Source of the DNA: Ptychomitrium polyphyllum
Lineage: Eukaryota
Direction of reading: 5' to 3'
Length of the DNA stretch: 64,000 nucleotides
Assembly: GCA_973851085.1 (NCBI GenBank)
Contig: OZ316776.1
Span: 11,966,001 to 12,030,000 of the forward strand
Position 1 is the first letter of the stretch. Each line of letters opens with the position of its first letter. A model generated the notes under the pieces. That model searched no databases. It was not told the DNA's origin and saw only the letters and a list, made by a program, of their open reading frames with translations. This document shows, piece after piece, positions 55,445 through 64,000 of this stretch. Both the position numbers and the translations under genes were made by a program.

Positions 55445-56813
55445 ATGGCGGGAAAGAGTATCGGTGTCGATTTGAGGGCGACATGCAGCCGTGTGGGAGT
55501 GTGCCAGAACGATCGGGTGGAAATTATTGCAATTGACCAGGAGAACCTGACCACGCCATCATATGTTACATGCTCGACACGGTGAGGTTGATTGGAGACG
55601 GGTCCAAGAATCAAGTGGCCATAAATCCGACGAACACCGTGTTCGATCTGAAGCGATTGATTGGGAGGCGGTTTGATGCTTCATCTGTGCAGAGTGACAT
55701 GAAACTGTAGCCATTTAAGGTGATTGCTGAACCCGGGAGCAAGTCGATCATCAACGCAATGTAGAAAGGCGACGTAAAGCAGTTCGCTGCAGAGGAAATT
55801 TCGTCTCTGGTGATCATTTAGATGAATGAGAAAGCAGAAGCCTTCCTTGGGCTATTATCACTGTGCCGGCCTAATTCAACGACTTGCAGAGGCAGGCGAC
55901 GAAGGATGCGGGTGCTCTTTGTTGTCCTTCCTGTATGTCCTTAAGTGCAGAGTCTTCAAGATTTTTCAAATGGGAAAGAGTCAGGTAATAGCATCAACTC
56001 CGATGAAGCCGTTCCTTATAGTGCAGCAGCTCAAGCTGCCATTCGCGGTGGCGAGAATCAAAAGGTTCTGGGTGAGATATTGTTAATGGATGTTACTCCT
56101 CTCAGCCTTGGTCTTGAGGCCCCTAGTGGTATAATGACTACTCTTATTCCAAGGAATACTGCAATTCCGACGGAGAGGGAGCAGATATTTTCGACTTATG
56201 CTGATACTCAGCCAGGGGTCAGGAAGGAGAGAGAGCTAGAACGAGAGACAACAACCTGTCATAGAAGTTCGAGCTTGCTGGAATTTCACCAGCTCCCAGG
56301 GGTTTAGCACAGTTTATCGTTTGCTTTGATATTGAAACCAACAGCATCTTGAAAGTTTCTGCGGGGAACAAGGCAACTGGTGTTAGGAACAAGATTACAT
56401 TCAAGAATGACAAGGGTAGGCTGAGCAATGAGGACATCGACAAGATGTTGCAGGATGCAGGAAGGTACAAGACTGAGGATGAGGAGGTGACGAAAAAGGT
56501 GGAAGCGAAGAATGGACTCGAGAACTGCACATACAACCTGAGGAACACCATCAAGGATGACAAAGCTTGCGGGCCACCTAAGCAGTGAGAACAAGCAGTG
56601 AATGTAATTATAACTTGGTTGGACGAACAACCGGCTGTCGCCGACGAGTTTAAGGACGTGTAGAATCAGTTGAAGGGCATCTGCAACTACATCATCTCGT
56701 GAATGTACCAAGATGAAGGAGGGGCTGGAGCAGTTTTAGAGTTGACTAGCGATTAAAGTGGGACAAGTGCTGGTGCTACTGGAGAAGGACCGAAAATTGA
56801 AGAGGTGGATTAA
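55445..56813 (+). pseudogene. HSP70: Cytosolic HSP70 pseudogene with stops, frameshifts and a large internal deletion
   Basis: Starts [41 protein letters not shown]. Contains [85 protein letters not shown] and VEAKNGLEN. Ends GPKIEEVD* (cytosolic EEVD). In-frame stops (TAG ~55708, ~55761) and several frameshifts. Only 1369 nt against roughly 1.9-2 kb for an intact CDS. Confidence 0.95.
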
Positions 56814-57912
56814 ATTATAAGGCATAGGTTCCTCCTGGTCGCTTTGAAGAATTCGAGACGTTTGTGCATTGAGAGCTCCTAACTTGAGCATCTAGTGCGT
56901 CATGTTTCCAAACGTGACGAAGGAGTGAAGTGAATTCGGATCAGATGTATACATGAATGTTGGATCACCATTGTAAAGAAACTTGAGATGAGTTAGTATT
57001 ATTTGTGTCTACTCTATCCAGTTTTCCCTCTGATTTTTGTCAGCTTCTGTGTAATCTCTTCTGTAGTTGTTCGTGGACGATCATTTTTGAAGAGTTTGTC
57101 TGACTCTGCCAGGAAGTGAATTGTGAATTTGAGACTTCTTGCAGGCTGCCTTTAGTTCGAGTCCTCGGTTTTTTGTTGGCAGTACCGAAGATTCCGTCTT
57201 CTATCCAGAGTCGTAGTTATAAGTTTTAAGCCTCAGTTGAATGTGAGGTCCTATTTGTGTTCATGCGACAGTATGTGAATAAATTTCAATGCTATAAAAT
57301 TTCTTGCAATTTGAACTTTGACGAAATCTAAGATACGGAATTTCGTGTCGCAAGGAAGATGCATGTGTATAAGAGGTAATACAGTACGTAATAGACAATC
57401 TCACACAACTATCGTCCAGACGTAGTTGTTAATAGTGAGAGCGGTATTGTGCTCTAATTGCAAATGCATTTATTACGGTCCATACCAATTTGAAGGTTTT
57501 AGAAGATGTTGAGTGTATAATGTGCAAAAGCGTTTGCATTTTGCACAATACACACTCCAACGTCGTCTGCAAAATTTTGTACACTATACATCCAACGAAT
57601 ATATCACAAGGATACCAAATGCATCACAAACACTAGTTTTAAAATCGATATTAATAAAAACCAGTCCAGTCCTGCAAATGCTAGGTAAACGATTAAGTTT
57701 ACAGATCACGAACTTCCTGATATGATGATCTGAAACTCAGAGAATAATAATTCAAAAACCTCTGAAAATTCAAGGTCCTACTGAGCTGTAAAGACGACAC
57801 GGAGAGATGGCCATTTGTAAAGCACCATTTCCAAACATTAAAAGTAAAAATATCCTTACAATTTACGCATCTCGCCGGAAGGCAGGCGTCATAGCTAGAA
57901 GTCAACAGCTTC

Positions 57913-59591
57913 TCATGCGGATTGTAGTCTCAAAGCATTGTAACTCACGTGCTGGAACTGATATGGTTCATGGACTTGATACGTGCTGTCAAATGGGGAG
58001 TTGCTCTGTAATCCATGCTGTAGAGCGATATGACGCTCTGTAAAACAGAAATACCGTCAAACTGAAGATTTCAATCTTCAGGGCAATGTTCATGTGAGTA
58101 ATATTCAGCTAGAATTGGACATCGTAACAAACATCACCAAAACAGCATATGATTTCGGATAGAGTTAGGTCTAGTCATACCTGTCAAAAGAGACGCCTTA
58201 ATTTTCTGAAGCGCGAAACAGATGACCGTAAAGCTGGGTCTTCGATCTGGATTTCTGTCCCAGCAGCGTTCAATTAGAGAAACCAGCTGCTGGGGTAATC
58301 TACTTGAGGGCAGCAAGGGCCGCCGGCCCTGTAAGATTTCTTGCCGAAGTTGCTTGGTCGAAATTCCGGTCGCTGTATTCTCCAGATCGCTGTAGGGAAT
58401 CTTGCAGGTAAGAATCTCAGAACAGGTGATGGCGAAGCTGTACACATCAGCTTGCTTCGGGAAGAAGAAATTCACGGGATGATCACTGCTTGGCCTGTCC
58501 TCTTGTGAGATCACTTCTAGGAGCTCCGGAGCTCTCCATTTCAATGTCCCCACCTTGTAACTCCAAAACGTTTCCACGAACTTAACTTTGGTTTTGGCCA
58601 GTCCAAAGTCGGTCAGCTTGACAGAGTAATATTCCACCTTGGATTCTGCAAACTTGTTTATCTCCTTAATTAGAATGTTTGCAGTTTTGAGATCCCTGTG
58701 CACAATGTCTGCTGCATGCAAGTACCTCATCCCTTGTGCAGCTTGTAACATAATGTCCACAGCCACAACGAGTTCCAACCCCAACTCAGATTTTCTCAGT
58801 AGATAAGTGAGGTCATAATCCATCAACTCCATTACCAAGGAGCTACTTCTCTCTTCTTCCAAGCACCCAATGAACTGTACAATGTTTGGATGATGGAGGC
58901 TGGCCATCACACTGGCTTCCCTCTTGAAAGTTGCATCATTACCACCATCCAGTTCTTTCACAGCGCATGCGCACTCTCGTAGCCACACGGCCTTGTACAC
59001 TCTGCCAAAGGCGCCCTGACCTATTGTGTGCATATATTCCACTTCAATATCACCCCTATTTATTTGCATAGTTTCTGGCCTCAAGTGATCACTCCTGTGG
59101 TCCTCACACGCTGCTTCTCTTAACTCAATCTGCCATATATCCGACAATGTCTGCCTCAAAATCCCAAGAAAATCTCGTTGAAGCAGAAACTCGGTTGCAT
59201 ACCACACCAGCCTGGATAGAATCGCTGCAAATGCTTCTTTGCTTTGTGAGAGTGACATTAGCCTGTAGGGATCAGGTTCGCCCGCATCATGGCAGTCACA
59301 AAGCTCAATTAAGGCTACAGCAGAAGTGACGATGCCGTGAAGTTCATGGAACAGGGGGTCATTGGCAGAAAGATTTACCCTCTGAGCCCATTTGAGAGCA
59401 CAGAGGAGTTTCTCATATAGGAGTCGGCACTGCTGCTTGTTCACATGGTACGTTTCTCTAGATTTCGAATTGAAGAGCCTGTTAACTATGACCAACAAAG
59501 GTTGTACGGTGTCGAGCTTGGAAGCTGAGCTATGCAGCTGGCCAGATGCAGCAAGCAGCAGATGCGGAACTATATCCCTCGATAGCTTCAT
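57913..59591 (-). CDS. Raf-like/TKL Ser-Thr protein kinase with an N-terminal helical (MLKL_NTD/DUF1221-like) domain
   Basis: 485-aa ORF 58134-59591 with intact GQGAFG, AVKEL, HRDLKTANIL, DFGLAK, GTLKWRAPE, ADVYSF and CW...RPSF. The N-terminal region has VNKQQCRLLYEKL and ELHGIVTSAVALIELC. A strong donor (ACAG|GTATGA, exon end 58181) and an acceptor at 58037 give a phase-compatible last exon 57913-58037. If unspliced, the ORF ends at 58134. Confidence 0.9.
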
Positions 59592-62500
59592 GCTTGGTTA
59601 TATAGTAGACAACAAAAAATCAAGCGGTACAACTTAATTCATAGCTCTTTTGTTCGTGGAGTAGTCTATATGCATCCCTGTAGCAACACAGATTCAATAC
59701 GTCAATATCTCAGTCCCCGGTCGGACCTCGTGACAAAAACAGCAGGAAGTGAAAAAATTCGTCCTATTATAGAGAGATTAACGTTTGTTTGAAAATCGGA
59801 AAGCATTCGAATTTTCTCTATGAAATCTTAGCAGAGGGAGCACAATAAACAGAGGCTCAGTAGAGTTATAATAATACTTGACCAGATGTTCAAGATGAAA
59901 CGAAAATACCATGATTCTGTTCTTTACGAATCAGGAAGATAACTCACATGGAGGAGCACAGATCTTGGACCAGCAATCAAATCGGAGCCTCGCAATCGTC
60001 ATAAAATATGTAGCCAGTTCTTCGTAAAAGATGTTTATCGTATTACACCGATTTGGTAATCTTGATTCTCGACGTGGTGTTAACAGCTCAAACGGCAACA
60101 CTGCAAAACAGGGCCTTTAAAACCCCAACAGAATTATTTTTATGAACTTAATAAGGACCTTCTAAAGAAGACCGGTCATAACACTTAAATTCTGCACCTA
60201 GATCTCTCAAATTCTAGCATTGACATTATATGACCAATGTTTGTAACATCGACGCAAGCATCTTCTAACCTCGTTGGAGCAATAGTGTGTAGAGTCAGCT
60301 ACAAAATGCAAGTGCAATCCTGGTAATGGTAACTAGTGCAAGCAGTACAGAGACGTTGAGGATGAGACTATGTTCTTAAAAAGAGAAGAGGAAGTGCATG
60401 AAAGTTGCGGATTAACTTTATTACACGTGTCTGTACACGTCAAATATCTACAGGCTCAGACGAAGAAATTACTGGTATGCAGCTGCCGCGACAGTTGCCA
60501 GCTGATGATACTGGGCATCACAACTACAACCTCACCAAGTGTCACCACGGTATATTTTGAGTATGAAATTCTAACTGCTGTAATATTATGCGCGTGCAGG
60601 TGTTCAAGAGATGGGTGACGGTTGCCGTCAAACCCACGGCGAGTTGCCTTTTTTCATATTGTATTCTAATTGTAAGAGACACAGAAGTCATCACAGACTC
60701 GAGTGTGGACCGGATCCACTTGCACTATTTCAAGTTCGTCCTCAGGTCCGCTTCATATTATCAGCAGGCCAAGGAAGCACCCCAAGCTAGAGGAAGTGGT
60801 GTTGCCACCTATGAACCATGGAGATGAAGTTCCTTGCACGATGCTTTGGGGAGAATAAAATTTATTGGTCATAGAATCTCCACCTGAAAAACCAAAACTT
60901 ACTAAGTCTCCTTTAGTTCTTAAAATTTTGGGACCCATGTAGGCTGCAATTTCAAGCACAATAAGTCATGAAATGGTGAGTAATTGCCAACTCACAGTGT
61001 AAATACACATTCCACAACCATAGATTTTTGGGAGCCACTTCCAAGACACCACGCAAGGCACTCTCGTTACAGTGTGAACTGTACGGGAAAAGAGAAGCCA
61101 CCCTCTTTCGGAGCTGGTGTATACTGCACAGTTGGCACATATATGTGTGAATTATGGCAGGATCTTGTGCTCATGCTCAACTTGAGCTTTTTCACGATTT
61201 CATGTCATAATCTACTCTTCAAACTCACCGAGATGTCCTTGAACTTTACTCTGGAATCATCTATTGAAAATTAGTCATTGCTGCTAATTATTTTCAACCA
61301 CGTATATGTGTACATTAATGACGCAAGTTGGTGGAGCAACACATACTTCAATCTACTGGAACAAGGACATAGTTCAATGAACAGTGAAGCTTGCGTGTAA
61401 TTCAAATCTGAAGAAACTGGAGACTCTCTTGGGGTTTCTAGTACAGGTATCCACTGGCCAAGTAGACTCTATTGCATTACAGCTTTGTATGGTTTGAAAA
61501 ACCTTTTATAAATTCTATATTTATCATCTATGTTTGCTAGAAAGATATTGCAATCTCCAAATTACCCTGTTTCAAATCTATACATTTCTACTGTGCAATA
61601 GCGAGAAATAGCTCTATCATTTGTTCCTTGAACGATCCGAATGCTCTCACTCCATAATATGATATCAGAGCTTCATTTGGGGCTTCCCGGAGCTAGCTGG
61701 CGGAGTCCCGGTTACCACGGCCAAAACACAAACACTCGAAATGAGGCACAACAGGACGTGAACTGCGCTTGCCGCCCTTCCTCTTCTTCCTCGGAGTACC
61801 AGCCTGTGGCTTGTCTAAGTTGCCTTCTCGTGACAAAGCTTGCCCCATGGGACCTAGCCCTCTCGAGAACTGGCCAAAGTAACAAACTTCAAACCCCCTC
61901 CAAACTTTCCGCCAAATTACTGACACAATAAAATGGATAAGCTATTCTACTGAAACGCTGAGTTCTGACAGTAACATCTGATGTCTTGTCCTTAGTCCCA
62001 AGTAACTAGATATAGATCCAGCAGGCTTCTAGTCACTTCCAGTACACACCTGCAAAAACGTGAGCTTCACCATAGACTTAGTGGGCGAGCAAACTCCAAA
62101 CTAGTGCATGTGTTGCAATCGTTGAGGCCTCAGCAGATACAGTAGAGCAGTCTGCCAGACAGGGATTAGATTGATCAGTTATGCGTTTCGTCATCTTACA
62201 GCCAGATATATAGGTGGGACTGTCCAGTGCTTGTTTCATGGCTGGAGACTCAAAGCACTCGGCTTGGCTCGGAAAGCAGGTATGCCTGACCCTGCACTAG
62301 GCGATTCACCACATCATATTCCCCAAATTCCCTGCTGTGCGTGGAAGGTAATGTATTATCAAGTTCCTTGAATGACTTATTAGCTACCACGTGCTCTGTC
62401 ACTGGCGACCGTGGACTTTTTGACCCCTCCAGCTTATGTTAAATAAGAACTGACTCAGAGAATCCTGGAAAGAAAAGAATAGCCATATAGGGGCTTATCA

Positions 62501-63730
62501 CACGAGAGGAAATCCTTGAAACTAGGCTTCTCCCGTTGGTCTGCATTGGTTGTTGCTTGTGAAGAAGTCAAGGGAGTTGTAAGAATGACTTGGACTAATC
62601 TCTTAGCTTAAGATTTTATATTGGATTATGCTTTGGAACTTGCATGGTAGTAAAGTAAAGTGACATAGCATAATAAATATAACTCAATATTATTACAGAT
62701 AAGTGTCTGAAAATTTATAAATTAAAGAAAAAAGAACATGAAAAGAAGAAATAGAATGTCATGTAAAAATAGCCATGAAACTTTCTCTACCTATTGTATT
62801 GCATTGTCCTTAAACTATAATACAAACATGAGGCCTAGGCACCATCATAATGTCCAAAATGTAATGCAATAGATTTTTGAAATAAAAATTGTAAGTAAGG
62901 TGGAAATATTAGAATTTGTAATTGAATCATCTAAAGGTTTTCTTTTCAAATTTGGTTTTTCAACTAATTGTGAAAGATGATGCAATGATGCTTGGAAGCA
63001 TTGTATATTACCTTTAACATCTTTTATAGTACTTTACATTGTCACTTCTTTATCATTAATTTTATGGACATTCAATTTCAAAATTAAAATATAGTAAATA
63101 AAAACTGGACTTAAAAGGTGGATTTCTTGAGTTTTTTAGCTTAGATTTTATTTATTGCAATTATAAATTATTCAATTACATCAATTTTTAAAATGATTAA
63201 TTACGTAAAACCAACAAAGTTGATTTTTTTAACTTTCAACCTTGAACAATTCAAAAGATGAGCCAAATATACAAGTAAAAAATAACAAGGTGAATAATAA
63301 GAAATATCAATAATGTTAAAAGATGAAAAAATAGTAAATACTTACAATCTTTGTTGAAGTTTAAATATGCAAGTAAAAGAAGCATGAAAATTAAATTTCT
63401 ATTCTAAAATTAAAATAGAAATTTCATGCCAAATCCCTTTATCAATGTACACAACTTCCAACCACCTTAAAATTAGCAAAGTTATTTTTCAAACAAACAA
63501 ATTTATTTATTTCCAAAACTTCAAGCAATATTTGAATTCCTATCTAATAAGAAATAAAAGCCCAAAGAATTCAAATCTACTTGCACACTTATGAGACATT
63601 ACACCAAGCTAGAGGTGGCAAGCAATGTACCTTATAGCACTAGCAACCATAATAGTCTGCATAACAAATTACATTCCTTCAATTCATCAACTTCAAGACA
63701 TTTATTCTAAAATAATATATTAGGATAATT

Positions 63731-64000
63731 TTTCATAGTAACATACATCCATAGTATAGAAAAATGTCATAGAAAGATGCTTTAGGACGCTCTTTCACGA
63801 TCGCATACATTGACAATATAGTTGGATGTCTTAAGATATCTTTCATAGCAACATACATCCAAAACATAGAAGAGTGTCCTAAGATTCCCTTTCATAGCAG
63901 CATACATTCATAACATAGAGGAATATCTTAGAATTTCCTTTCATAGTAACATACATCCACAGCATGGAAGAGTATCCTAAGATTTCCTTTTATAGCAGCA
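63731..64000. repeat. ~49-bp minisatellite running off the window end
   Basis: Units starting TTTCATAG(C/T)A(A/G)CATACAT at 63841, 63890, 63939 and 63988 (49-bp period; the last is truncated and starts TTTTATAG), plus more diverged units at 63731 and 63793. Confidence 0.9.

Noticed and set aside
63731..64000. CRISPR-like periodic repeat
   Set aside because: The units are homologous over their whole length with no unique spacers, the context is eukaryotic and there are no cas genes.

Overview
Eukaryotic land-plant genomic DNA with spliceosomal introns. GC-richer gene islands sit between very AT-rich stretches that look like decayed TEs. A moss such as Physcomitrium is my inference from gene content and composition; it is not proven. 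Manual splicing gives five intact genes: UBA5 (UFM1 E1, 14 exons, minus), two 12-exon TONNEAU1/FOP-family paralogues, a CHY/RING E3 ligase (RZFP34/CHYR-like, 6 exons, minus) and a Raf-like kinase with an N-terminal MLKL_NTD/DUF1221-like helical domain (minus). There is also an internally deleted cytosolic HSP70 pseudogene, and a 49-bp minisatellite at the right edge. The main feature is a ~14 kb gene palindrome (~21.1-34.8 kb) that the ORF track does not explain. The two TON1-like genes lie tail-to-tail and are an old duplication: most introns are diverged and exon 2 has 11 synonymous differences. Yet two nested pairs of arms are almost identical, introns included: ~650 bp (21364-22011 / 33885-34531) and 1982 bp (24094-26075 / 29637-31618). 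This points to ongoing arm-to-arm gene conversion, and possibly nested inversion isomers or hairpin RNA. All exon models were read by eye. TON1-like exons 7-11 are the least certain.
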